Assembly (NCBI RefSeq): GCF_006345805.1
Contig: NC_043015.1
Span: 43,586,001 to 43,650,000, forward strand
Length of the DNA: 64,000 bases
Source of the DNA: Octopus sinensis
Lineage: Eukaryota
Direction of reading: 5' to 3'
Part shown: piece by piece, positions 25,987 to 38,033 of the stretch
How positions within the stretch are numbered: position 1 is the first letter of the stretch
How the letters are laid out: every line of letters begins with the position of its first letter
Program-made: the position numbers and the translations under genes
Notes under the pieces: generated by a model
Seen by the model: the letters and a program-made list of their open reading frames with translations, nothing else
Databases searched by the model: none
Told to the model about the DNA's origin: nothing

Positions 25987-26274
25987 TGTGTGAGAAATAG
26001 AGAGAGTGAGGGGGAGAGAGAGACAGAGAGACAGAGAGAGAACAAATAGTGAGGGATCACGATCCGGTCAAAACACTTTAAAAGCCCTGTTGTCACACCA
26101 GGCTAACAGTATTACTTTGATTAAGTAATCTTTTGGTAGGGTCCAAAGTTATCGTTCATCACAATTCTCTGTTGTAAACCAGTGGATGGGTTTCAGATAA
26201 ACTGGTTATTACAGAGCGATATATGCTAGACAAGCTAAAATAATAGTCATTAGATATAATTCCTCTATTATAAA

Positions 26275-26674
26275 TAACTAGCAGTATCGCCCGGCGTTGC
26301 TCGGGTTTGTAAGGGAAATAACTATATAAGCATTTTTAGAGAGTTATAGCTAAAAAATAGCAAAAAAATGCATTAAAAATGGGTAAAAAATTATGGTAAT
26401 TTTTTTTTAAATCGTTGACTCATCGTAGACATTTTTAGAGAGTTACTTCCCTTATATAATAGCAAAAAAATGCATTAAAATGGAAAAAATGATGGTAAAT
26501 AATTTTTAAAATCGTAGACCCATCGTAGACGCGCGCTAATACCTAGAAGGGCTCGATATGTATCACGACTATAAGATACCCGGTTTTGGTTACACTGCAC
26601 CGCAAAATGTGGGAATAGTTAGGAATCTAAATCGTAGGAGACAGACACACAACTTCACTTTTATATATAAAGAT
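26275..26674 (+). mobile_element. Non-autonomous Helentron-like (HINE/DINE-type) element
   Basis: Starts actagcagtatcgcccggcgttgctcggg (hairpin-like), internal direct repeat of about 110 bp, ends acagacac...cttttatatataaagat; family call from recalled architecture. Confidence 0.55.
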
Positions 26675-26949
26675 TTGGCTTACAGCTGTTTCCAGTAGTG
26701 ATTATAGATAGGTTTACTCAATCGGTCTATTGGTCAATTGAAGGGCATAAGAAAATTAATACCTTCTTCAGAGCCATTGCTGGAAATAACAATCAGAGCG
26801 CTTAAATAATGACTATTGCATATATATATATATATATATATATATAAGCATAGTGCCCCGCCATATCAGAGTTAATAAAATATAGCAGAAACATTCAATA
26901 AAGAACGAGAACGTTGAAGATGTATCGTATTGCGGAATAGCACATGGAT

Positions 26950-27333
26950 GGAAGCAATCCGTCGGTTACGACGACGAGGGTTCCTGTTGATCCGAATCAA
27001 CGGAACAGCCTGCTCGTGAAATTAACGTGTAAGTGGCTGAGCACTCCACAGACACGTGTACCCTTAACGCAGTTCTCGGGGAGATTCAGCGTGACACAGA
27101 GAGTGACAAGGCCGGCCCTTCGAAATACAGGTACAACAGAAACAGGAAGTAAGAGTGAGAGAAAGTTGTGGTGAAAGAGTACAGCAGGGATCACCACCAT
27201 CCCCTGCCGGAGCATCGTGGAGCTTTAGGTGTTTTCGCTCAATAAACACTCACAACGCCCGGTCTGGGAATCGAAACCGCGAGCCTACGATCGCGAGTCC
27301 GCTGCCCTAACCACTGGGCCATTGCGCCCCCAC
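26950..27333 (-). mobile_element. SINE-C, full length
   Basis: Nearly identical to 14546-14944 and 34600-34983. Confidence 0.9.
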
Positions 27334-27824
27334 AAAGTATTCAAATACATATTTGCATACATCAAACCAATACATGCTTAGAGAAACACCTGACAAGGCT
27401 ATGGCGATATATTGCAATAAACCCGAAGTAGCTAATTGATTGGAGAGAATTGCATTTGGATTCTGAAGATGTTTTTAGTAGAGCAGGAAATATTTGCAAA
27501 TAAGGGTAAAAACAAATATATTACACAAAAAAAATATTCTAACTTCATTTATTGTTAATTTCCTTTCCGGGAAAAATATTGTTAAAAATATAATTTTGAA
27601 AATGACATTTTTACTGTAAATTACTCGCTTTTTGATCAGGATTCTTTTTGTTTTCTTTTTTTTTTTTTCAAAATTACAGCTATTGTTGCAGTTCTTACTG
27701 TGTAAAATACGCAATATTAATCGTGTTAAGAATATAGAAAATATCAGTATGACATAGTACAAATACATGCATACATGTATATATTATATATATAATAGAT
27801 ATATATATATATATATATATATAT

Positions 27825-28094
27825 AATAAAAGGCTTCCAAATAAGGAAGCGTAGTGCTAGAAACACAAAAAGGGATAAAATTCAGGAAAGGAATGAAAAT
27901 AAAAAAACATTTACCATCTCAGCTATATCCCAGACCGAACGGTTTCTACCTATTTTTAGCAAACACACAGAATATATTTGCCAGGCCTGGTTCTTTATTA
28001 TATTTCTATACGAAAAATATATAGTCTAATGGCTAACTCGTCTTTTGTGCTAGGCCACTGGTAATAATAATTTATTTTATTACCCTATTTGATT
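27825..28094 (+). mobile_element. Diverged member of hairpin-terminated family G
   Basis: Shares aaaaaacatttacc and taggcc(a/g)ctggt-[hairpin]-accctat(a)ttgatt with 60245-61062; lies between (TA)n tracts. Confidence 0.5.
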
Positions 28095-28096
28095 AT

Positions 28097-28157
<61 letters not shown>

Positions 28158-28160
<3 letters not shown>

Positions 28161-28359
28161 GGTGTCCCAGAAGTCGCGCACCATTCTGGTTTTCACTTAA
28201 GATAATTAAAGCATCTTATTATATTTTTCAGCATTCTTTATTGTAGAAGGTACTCAATTTGAGCATTTGTTAGGATTAATTTCAATAAAGTGTTTTTTAA
28301 ATCAATAAGGTTGTATTCTTAAAAAAAACAGGGTGGGGCGCAACTTCTGGGACACCCTG
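28158..28359. mobile_element. Tc1/mariner-type MITE, 202 bp
   Basis: TIRs cagggtgtcccagaagtcgcgcacca / cagggtgtcccagaagttgcgcccca, TA on both sides, inside (TA)n. Confidence 0.85.
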
Positions 28360-28424
<65 letters not shown>

Positions 28425-28508
28425 TATAATATATATATATATATTATATATATATATATATAAGCAATATTAAATCTCTGAACGAGATGTAAACAGTAAC
28501 CGCTCGAC

Positions 28509-28695
28509 AACGTAAAGTATACTAGCCATCTCAATATGGCTAACCACTAAGGGTGGGTGTTACTGTAGCTTTTAGCCCCAGGAGATCATCGCGTGCCTAA
28601 AGCCAGCTGGAAACGATGATCTCCTGGGGCTAAAAGCTACAGTAACACTCACCTTAGTGGTTAGCCATATTGAGATGGCTAGTATACTTTACGTT
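28509..28695. repeat. Near-perfect inverted repeat (83/82-bp arms, 22-nt loop)
   Basis: Arm 28509-28591 vs RC of 28614-28695: one 1-bp indel and one mismatch. Confidence 0.92.
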
Positions 28696-28751
28696 ATATA
28701 TATTTATATATACATGTATATATATGTGTATATATATGTATATATATATAT

Positions 28752-28813
<62 letters not shown>

Positions 28814-28962
28814 GCAGCACGGAATTTTGTCAGCGAACAGGTCGCAGTCTCAAAGCGATGAATACATTTGGCAAATTAAATTTACATGTTGAAGTAAATC
28901 TGTTTTTATGTGTTTTTAAATGACTAGTAAACACCTTCCACGCTGCAATTGTTTATATATCA

Positions 28963-29028
<66 letters not shown>

Positions 29029-29145
29029 ATCGAAATCTCAAATTAAAATTTACTGATGGAATGACTTAATAATAAGTTTAAAAGTCTACTTTCTTAAAAA
29101 CATCTTGTTGATGGGAACTGTCTACCTCACCATCCATCCATCCAT

Positions 29146-29213
<68 letters not shown>

Positions 29214-30187
29214 ATGTTTGTCCTCCTATATACGTATAGTGGTATATGTATGTAAAGTATATATATACATAAAGTACATATATATGTATATTTATATGTA
29301 CATAGACATAAATATATAAATGTAAATACATTTATAAAGACATATATTTAATCATACTTCCACATTTATATATTGCCATTGTTATAGGTCTACATATTTA
29401 CCCATATATAAACAACATCTATATTTGTATCAATACCTAAATGTATATATGAGTGTGTGTATGTGTGCGTGTGTGTGTGTGTTTGTGCAAGTGTGTCCAT
29501 GTGTGTGCCTGTGTCCGTGTGTGTGTGTGTGCATGTGTGCGTGGGTGTGTGTAGACCGATCGATACATAGAGTGATAGATAATAGGTGTTTATATATGAA
29601 TGTTTGTACGCATACAGATACGTGTGTATGCATGTACGTATACAGATATCCAACTATTCTCCATAACTGGTACTTGGACGGGTAAATGATATCATACAAA
29701 CACATTACCTTGTTGTCTGATACTTCGTCGTTTCACACAACGGACACATATTTATTCACACAAAGAATTAATATTCACAGTTTCTTGAAAATACCATTGT
29801 CTTGTTTCACAATGTTTAGCTGTAATTATATGCATAACATTTACAGCGTTTCTATGAGAACCTAAACTTGTTTTTATTAAAACAAAACCGAGAGATAAAA
29901 TTAACTTTGAGTATTATTAAGATCAAACGTTTGTTAGAAAATGTTCGTTCCATGATTACATTTTCATCTGTAATTATTCACAGTGATTTAAATTGAACGG
30001 TTTTGTAAAGTATTTGGTAATTATTATACAACAATAATGTGACGCAATTGAATATAATATCTGCATGACTGTTGTGTGGTTAAGCTAGCTTTGGTAACAT
30101 GCAGTTTTGGGTTCAGTCCCACACAGCAGCATTTTAAATGAAGTGTCTTCTCTCATAGTACCGGGTCGACATGCAATCAAGCCTTAT

Positions 30188-31670
30188 GCATAGCCCTTAT
30201 GGAAACGCACATAAAACCAGATACAGCAAATACAGAAATATACATACAACAGTATCGTGTATTACGGACCGACAGAAGAGGAAAGAGTCAGAGTGGGGTT
30301 GCTGTGTACATCCATGCAGACCTCTCACACAAGGACCTTTTGTTACTCTCAGATTCAATGTGACACACTGATTGCACATATAAGACAAATCGATGTTGCT
30401 ATATGTACTACTTATCGCCCTCCAGATGCTTCGAATCACTCTGAGAAGTCTGAAGACTGCCTTGCAAAAATAGAAATTCTAGTTACATTAGAACAACACA
30501 TAAGTGTACTTCGTATGGGAGACTTCAATCTGCCCAGTGTCGGATGGCCTGAGGGCCTTTCTCTCTTAGGAGTGTTGCCTTGCGACTAAGGACAGGAGAA
30601 GTCCCTCCTAAATCTCACCAACATTTGTTACATGGAGCCAATAGTACTCCAGCCAACCAGAGCAGATAATATATGGATCTCATCCATAATGTGGAAGCGA
30701 CACTGACGCTACTCTCGGATCACAATGTGGTAGAGCTGACCATGTACGGAAATCATGGACATGCAGCCTACAGGAAACTCTCAAAACTTTCCAGTTTGAA
30801 CTTCCATAAGGCAGACTGGAAAGAAATTGAGAAAGGGATTCCCAAACAAGATTGGTCTAAATGCCCATCCTCACCGGACATTGACATGAAACTTCAACAA
30901 TTCCTGTCTGTAATGCAAGCCATATGCTACACTTGTGTCCTGGAGAGAAAGGCCATTGTACTCAAAGACAAAATCCCCAAGGAAAGGAATGTTCTTATAA
31001 GACGCCGTACAAAAATTTCACATCGCCTAAGCAAGCAGATTAAAAGCAGTGAAATATACCCCACTGAAAATACAAGTGCTGGAAGTTGAGAAAAATCTGC
31101 AACTCTCCCATGAAAGAACAGAGCAGACAAACAAGCCTGTGCTATATACAATATAAAATCTAACACCAGAAACTTTCTACAGGTTTGCCAAACAAACAGC
31201 CTCAGTACACCCCTCGAAAAATATGGTCCACTCACAGGAAACCCAATGAAGAAAAGTGAAATACTAAATGAGAAATTCAAAAGTATTTTCACACCACCCC
31301 TAGGACACTTGCAAGTCAGCAATCCAGCCACTGCAGACATAAAAACAGAGGCAATGATGATTGATTACATCAATATGAATGAAGACGATATAATAAGGGG
31401 GCTATAGATGAGATGAACAAGAACTCGGCTACTTATCTTGTTGGATTCCCAGCAATATTTCTAAAATCATGTAAGCGAGTCTTAGCCAAGTCAGTGCATT
31501 CTCCCTTCTAGAGTTTCCTTGTAGCTGGAAAACTTCCAACCAAGTTGAAGGAAAGTAAAATATACCGCATCCATAAAGGGTGTAGTGGAGTAGAGGCCCA
31601 AAACTACAGGCCTATCTCTCTGACGTCACACATCCGCGAAGTCGTGGGACGAATAGTCAGAAGAGAAACC
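30188..31670 (+). pseudogene. LINE ORF2 fragment (CR1/L2-type): AP endonuclease plus region up to RT N-terminus
   Basis: IALMETH..YRVLRTDR..GVAVYI, TYRPP, GDFNLP, SDHN, NFHKADW, GFPAIFLK, IHKG..NYRPISLTS; multiple stops and frameshifts; truncated at both ends. Confidence 0.9.
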
Positions 31671-32126
31671 TAAGGTAATCCCATAAACCGGCCTTCCTCA
31701 TTATCAATATATAGTGTGCTTCTTTCGAATCTAATTTACAGACGATATATAATAATTCTTGGATGAAATTTATAAAAGGTTTAATACATCGCTACGCGCG
31801 TTTCCACAAATATCATGACTTTAACATCTTTGCGATGGATACAGTATGTTCCATATTATGCATATTATATATATATATACATGCGTGTGTTTGCGTGTGT
31901 GTGTGTGTCTGTGTGTGTGTTTGTGTGTGTGTGAGGAAAGAGTGACAGAGAGAGATTGAGAGGGAGAGCGCGAGCGAGAGATATATACATACAGGTAGTT
32001 AGATACCAAGCTGGGTAGATTGTTAGTTAGAAAAGTAGATAGGTAGATAGGTTTGTGTTCGTGTGTGTGTGTGTGAATGTGTATGTGTGTGCGTGTGTTT
32101 TTGTGTTGTGTGTGTGTGTGTGTGTA

Positions 32127-32159
<33 letters not shown>

Positions 32160-32762
32160 ACGTGTGTGTGTGTGTGTTGGTATATATGTTTCTCTGCTGC
32201 ATATATAATGAGAAAATGATAGGAATTGTAACGGAATTCGATTTGTGCGTAAATTAAATTTCAGTGACAGGAAGACGGATAATGCTTCTTCTTACATTAA
32301 AAGCAAAAAGCAATTAATTAACCACTGCAACATTATGATGAATTGAACTTTCCTATTCCACTCTGATAATAGAATTAGTGACAACGCCAAATGGATTATA
32401 ATGGAAATATTACTGAAATGGTTTGTTCCAAATCTCTCAGACAAATTATTAAGAATCATGAAATAATAGTCACAACTTCAGGAAATAATTATCTTTAAAC
32501 TGTATTTGTGTATATGGTGTTTGTTTGTTTGTTTGTGTTTTCTTTTATTCTAGTCTGGTTAGATATACCTGGAAAGCTTCAGAAGATGTAGGAGCAATTG
32601 GGTATCTAATCTCAAGGTGATTTATATGTTTAACCATATTTTTTAATTACTTCTTTCATTGGGCTGCTGCCATGATGGAGCACCGCCGTGAAAGATCTTA
32701 TAGAACCATTTTACCCACGAGCACATGTTGGTTATTTATTTATTATTATTTATATTTATAAT

Positions 32763-32980
32763 AAAGCGGCGCGCTGGCAGAACCGTTCGCACGCCGGGGG
32801 AAAATCCTGACTAGCATTTCGTCCGTCTGCAAGTTCTGAGTTCAAATTCGGGTGAGGTCGATTTTATCTAGTTGGGGTCGATAAAATAAGTACCAGCTGA
32901 GTACTGGAGTCGATGGAAACGACCATACCCTTCCCCACACCAAATTCCAGGACTTGTGTCTATAGTAGAAAGTGTTATTT
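32763..32980 (+). mobile_element. SINE-A, tail type 2, diverged
   Basis: aaagcggcgcgctggcagaaccgttcgcacgccgg...ttctgagttcaaatt...caggacttgtgtctatagtagaaag. Confidence 0.7.
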
Positions 32981-33276
32981 ATACTTTTCATTATGGGCCA
33001 CGTTCACGCAAAAAGTCATGCGCCAAATATCAACCGCTAGAGTAACAAACCCAGTGATACACACACACATTCAAACAACAGGCTTTCCATTTGTCTAAGT
33101 TTCCATTTATCAAATACAAACGCAAGGTAATTGGTACACCCATTGTTATAGTAGAAGACGCATTTCTAAGACGCTTAGCAGTGGAACTGAAACCGAAACA
33201 ACGGTGTTGCCAAGAAAGTTTCTTAACTTTGCAGTAAAGCATGCGCCTATGCACACGGCTATACTTGATACTATAA

Positions 33277-33511
33277 TAAGGCGGCGAGCAGGGCATAAGC
33301 GTTAGCACGCCGGACGAAATGCTTAGCGGTACTTCGTCTGCCGTTACGTTCTGAGTTCAAATTCCGCGGAGGTCGACTTTGCCTTTCATCCTTTCGGGGT
33401 CGATAAATAAAGTACCAGTTTTGCACTGGGGTCGTTGTAATCGACTTAATCCCTGTGTATGTCCTTATTTGTCCCCTCTATGTTTAGCCCCTTGCGGGCA
33501 ATGAAGAAATA
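33277..33511 (+). mobile_element. SINE-A with TSD
   Basis: tatacttgatactata on both sides. Confidence 0.9.
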
Positions 33512-34227
33512 TATACTTGATACTATATAATTTGCATAAAATGAAAGAATGAATGAAAACGGTTTATCTAGTCAATATGTCTGGGTGTTGAACCAACTTC
33601 TCCACCGCTCAAATGTGTCCAAGTAGTTCGGCTGTTCGGTTCGTAATTCTACAATCACGAGCTCGGTTCCTAGAGCAACCTGTGTTCGGGAACAGCGCAA
33701 TTTATTTCACGTTTCTCCAGTCTACTAACCTTAAATCGGTACTTCTAGGTTGCTGGTGAACTCCTCTCGCTCCCTCAGTCTCTCTTTCTTTCTCTCTCTT
33801 TCCCCCTCTCTCTCTCTCCCTATTTCTCTCTCTCTATTTGTAACAACCCCACGTGCTTTGCTGTATGAATGTTAGAAGTGGATGACAGGATGCCTAGATA
33901 TGCTCGCGAGAAAATGTGCGTCTATGTGTGTGTACGTGTGTGTGTGTTTCTTTATCATTATCATCACTTGATAACCGGTGTGGGTTTTTTTACGTCACCA
34001 CACTTTAGTGACTCGCCAAAATTTTCTGATAGAATAAATCTTTGGATCAAGAAATTCGTACCGCGGTCGATTTCTTCGACTAAACCGTTTCAAGGCTCTG
34101 CTAGGGCAAGACCGCTGTCCAGTGACCAAGGCATTAAACAGATTAAACATAATAGGGCATAAAAGGTATCTGATGGATTACGGAAATAACACCTGATGCA
34201 GTTTTAACAGCTACTTGGTGGTCAGTT

Positions 34228-34560
34228 TTTACCTGTGCACTCGCTAAGGTGGTGGTATTGTTTTTAGTCGTGTTTGTTTGTCCGTGGAAAAGAACTGCTG
34301 GATGGGTACGGATGAAACTTTAAGAGATATTTATCCTCATGGCTGACACAAACTGATTAGAACCAGTAGTGGACAAGGATTCTGGATTATTCCCCTATTT
34401 TTTTTTTATTACTTAATTTTTGAGAGCGGTCGAGTTCATAATTAGTATTCTCGTTTAGTTATATTTCTGTTACATTCCAGTTGAAAACAACGAAATTTCT
34501 TGTATTTGAAGTATGACAAATGTTTGAATAAAACTAATTAGATTTTCGTTTTTAAAATAC
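34228..34560 (+). mobile_element. Possible degenerate Helentron-associated element
   Basis: ttttacc..gctaaggtgg..tgtttgtttgtccgt..ctggatgg..gatgaaacttt..actgattaga resembles the recalled HINE core; not verifiable here. Confidence 0.35.
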
Positions 34561-34599
34561 GTGTTTTAGTGTTTTGTTCTTTGCAGAAACTCACTAAAT

Positions 34600-34983
34600 G
34601 GAAGCACTCCGTCGGTTACGACGACGAGGGTTCCGGTTGATCCGACCAACGGAACAGCCTGCTCGTGAAATTAACGTGTAAGTGGCTGAGCACTCCACAG
34701 ACACGTGTACCCATAACGTAGTTCTCGGGGATATTCAGCGTGACACAGAGAGTGACAAGGCTGGCCCTTTGAAATACAGGTACAACAGAAACAGGAAGTA
34801 AGAGTGAGAGAGAAAGTTGTGGTGAAAGAGTACAGCAGGGATCACCACCATCCCCTACCGGAGTCTCGTGGAGCTTTAGGTGTTTTCGCTCAATAAACAC
34901 TCACAATGCCCGGTCTGGGAATCGAAACCGCGATCCTATGACCGCGAGTCCGCTGCCCTAACCACTGGGCCATTGCGCCTCCC
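34600..34983 (-). mobile_element. SINE-C with 16-bp TSD
   Basis: cagaaactcactaaat at 34584-34599 and 34984-34999. Confidence 0.92.
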
Positions 34984-35269
34984 CAGAAACTCACTAAATC
35001 TAATGTACAAAAGCCTTATAACGTTGTGCTCACAATCATGAGGTAGTCAGTTCGATTCCCAGACTGGGCAGTGTGTTGTGTTCGTGAGCAACACACTATA
35101 TTTTACATTGCTCCAGTTCACTTAGTGGGCGAAATGCTTATCAGTATTTCGTCTGTCTTTACGTTCTGAGTTCAAACTCCGCTGAGGTCGAATTTGCATA
35201 TCATCTTTTCAGGGTAGATAAATTAAGTACCAGCTGCGTACTGGGGTCGATCTAACCAACTTCCCCTAC

Positions 35270-35486
35270 TGAAGACCGGGGCAACGACGATAAAGGAGAA
35301 CCTCTCCGAACTCTCAGGTCTGCAGGTGGTCGGTCTGCGCAGACGGAACCGCGAATGGCTCGCTATCTCCAGTGACCCCGCACGGGACCGTCGAGCGTGG
35401 GCCGCCATGGTTCGTGATGCAGTTAGGACCAGAGAAGGAGCCGACTCAACCCGCCCTGGGTGAACGCCGTCACAAGTAAGTAAAGT
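35270..35486 (+). mobile_element. RTE-clade LINE, 5'-truncated 3' end
   Basis: Encodes TIKENLSELSGLQVVGLRRRNREWLAISSDPARDRRAWAAMVRDAVRTREGADSTRPG*, then (caagt/aagt) tail, typical of RTE C-termini. Confidence 0.7.
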
Positions 35487-35588
35487 TCATGAATGTCACT
35501 GCTAGCGCTCATTGCGCATCCAACAGCTTGCTGCCATCTGTTGGCACGCCACAGAACAAGTACGGGAACTTTTTGATACCACCTCGTA
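35487..35588 (-). mobile_element. Possible mariner terminal fragment
   Basis: RC begins ta-cgaggtggtatcaaaaagttcc, resembling mariner TIRs (cf. cgaggggcgttcaataagt at 43422); other end not found. Confidence 0.35.
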
Positions 35589-35597
35589 CATATATTT

Positions 35598-35922
35598 AAA
35601 AGACTCCGCCGGTTACGACGACGAGGGTCCCAGCTGATACGATCAACGGAACAGCTTGCTCGTGAAATTAACGTGCAAATGGCTGAGCATTCCACAGACA
35701 CGTGTACCCTTAACGTAGTTCTCGGTGATAATCAGCGTGACAGAGAGAGTGACAAGGCTGACCCTTTGAAATACAAGTACAACTCATTTTTGCCAGCTGA
35801 GTGGACTGGAGCAACGTGAAATAAAGTGTCTTGCTCAAGGACACAACGCTTCGCCGGGAATCGAACTCACAACCTTACGATCATGAGCCGAATGCCCTAA
35901 CCACTAAGCCACGCGCCCTCAC
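35598..35922 (-). mobile_element. Chimeric SINE: D-type head and centre with C-type 3' region
   Basis: Head gagggcgcgtggcttagtgg..gttgtgtccttgagcaagacactttatttcacg as in D; 3' gtatttcaaaggg..cacgttaatttcacgagc..ctcgtcgtcgtaacc as in C. Confidence 0.8.
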
Positions 35923-35955
35923 CGTGCATATATAGATGCGCAGACATATACATAC

Positions 35956-35989
<34 letters not shown>

Positions 35990-37082
35990 GCACACTCACA
36001 CACTCTCACACGCACACAGACACACGCACACACACACACACACACATATATATGAATATAAGTATATAAATGTTCGTACGTATGAATGATTTACTGACGC
36101 AGACATTTATGTATCAATGGCGTGATTTATGCATAGACTTTTTTAGGAGGACACAAAAGTTTTCTATCTTCTTTTATTAATGTCATTATTTGTTTGTTTG
36201 TTTACTCACTATTAAATGTCAGGCCGTAATTTTCTCGAAGAAAAAAAGATAATTATTATATCTTATAATATTGCCGCATTCATTCAGACTTACTTGTAAG
36301 CATAAGCAGAGTTTGTTTATCCAAAGATTCTCGTTCGTTTTGAACATTATTTCACATGAGAACATGTGTATGGCGAAAAAAGAAAACATGTTTCAGAATA
36401 ACATATCTTTTATTCATTCTTTCTTTTCGTTTTTTTGTTGTGGCATAATGGATCGTAGCTTGATAACTTCAATGTATAAAGATTAATGTCAAAAGCTGTT
36501 GTGTTAATAAATGCCGCGTCTTCTCTTATCCATGATCCGTTATTAACTATTTCAACTTCTGTATTGAGTTTAGTAATAACCAAAATGTCAGCACTCACAG
36601 ATTTCCGTCTGCAGCAATATGGCGTTTGTGCACAATACGGATTCAATTCTCAGCGGGGCCATTTTCCGTAATTCTCTTTTCCTATTTCTGTGTCTCCGGT
36701 TGTCATAAACGATACATGTAATTCGCAATGCCTTTTCTCTTCGTTTGTGTAAATAGAGCAGAACGTCGTTTGGAACACATATCCCGTGTTTTCGCAATAG
36801 TTCATATTCTAGGTGTATTCTTTACTTCATCATTTGTTTTTTTTTTTACCGCTTTCACTAATGCTACTGCAGACATGCTAAACCATCACTGTAGGATGAT
36901 TCCTTGTCGAGAATATCGACCACTTGGTTTTTTTTAAAAGACTGGCACATATTCTGTCGAATACCTTTGCCAATCAAATAAGTATATCGCTACATAAAGA
37001 AACCGACACAGATTGCAAAAGCCGTGATGGGAGATAATCAGAAATATGCCCATAATTACACACAAACACACACACATATATA

Positions 37083-37497
37083 TACTCTTTTACTCTTTTA
37101 CTTGTTTCAGTCATTTGACTGCGGCCATATTGGGGCACCGCCTTTAGTCGAGCAACTCGACCCCGGGACTTATTCTTTTGTAAGCCCAGTACTTATTCTA
37201 TCGGTCTCTTTTGCCGAACCGCTAGGTGACGGGTACGTAAACACACCAGCATCGGTTGTCAAGCAATGCTCGGGGGACAATCACAGACACACAAACACAT
37301 ACACACACACATATTATATATATATACATATATACGACAGGCTTCTTTCAGTTTCCGTCTACCAAATCCACTCACAAGGCTTTGGTCGGCCCGAGGCTAT
37401 AGTAGAAGACACTTGCCCAAGGTGCCACGCAGTGGGACTGAACCCGGAACCATGTGGCTGGTAAACAAGCTACTCACCACACAGCCATTCCTGCGCC
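37083..37497 (-). mobile_element. SINE-B, full length
   Basis: All B blocks present with few changes. Confidence 0.9.
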
Positions 37498-37538
<41 letters not shown>

Positions 37539-37614
37539 GGGAGTATAACTCCAAACTTACAGAGAAAAATTCAATTTAGTATTATATCAAATTTCACAAT
37601 ATAAATATATAATA

Positions 37615-37880
37615 CATATAAATTAGAGAAAAACCACTATTATGTCATTCAAACAATGATAGACATAAACCATATCATATAGAAAAAGTAAAATATATAA
37701 TAAAACATATCTAGAACACAAAAACTAAAAGTACGTAATCCTTTTAGTTATTATATAATGTTTATTCATTTTTGGTACATTTTTGTGATCTAGTTATATG
37801 TTTTATTATATATTATATTTTTTCTGTATGATATGGTCTATCATTGTTTGAATTACATAATAGGTTTTTCTCTAATTTAC

Positions 37881-37885
<5 letters not shown>
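37615..37885. repeat. Imperfect AT-rich fold-back (arms about 105-110 bp)
   Basis: 37615-37727 pairs with about 37782-37885 (aattagagaaaaacc..attatgt.attcaaacaatgatagac..ccatatcata). Confidence 0.75.
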
Positions 37886-37915
<30 letters not shown>

Positions 37916-37997
37916 ATATATATATATATATTATATATATATTATATATATATATTATATATATATATATGTATATATGTATGTATGTATGTGTGTA

Positions 37998-38033
<36 letters not shown>

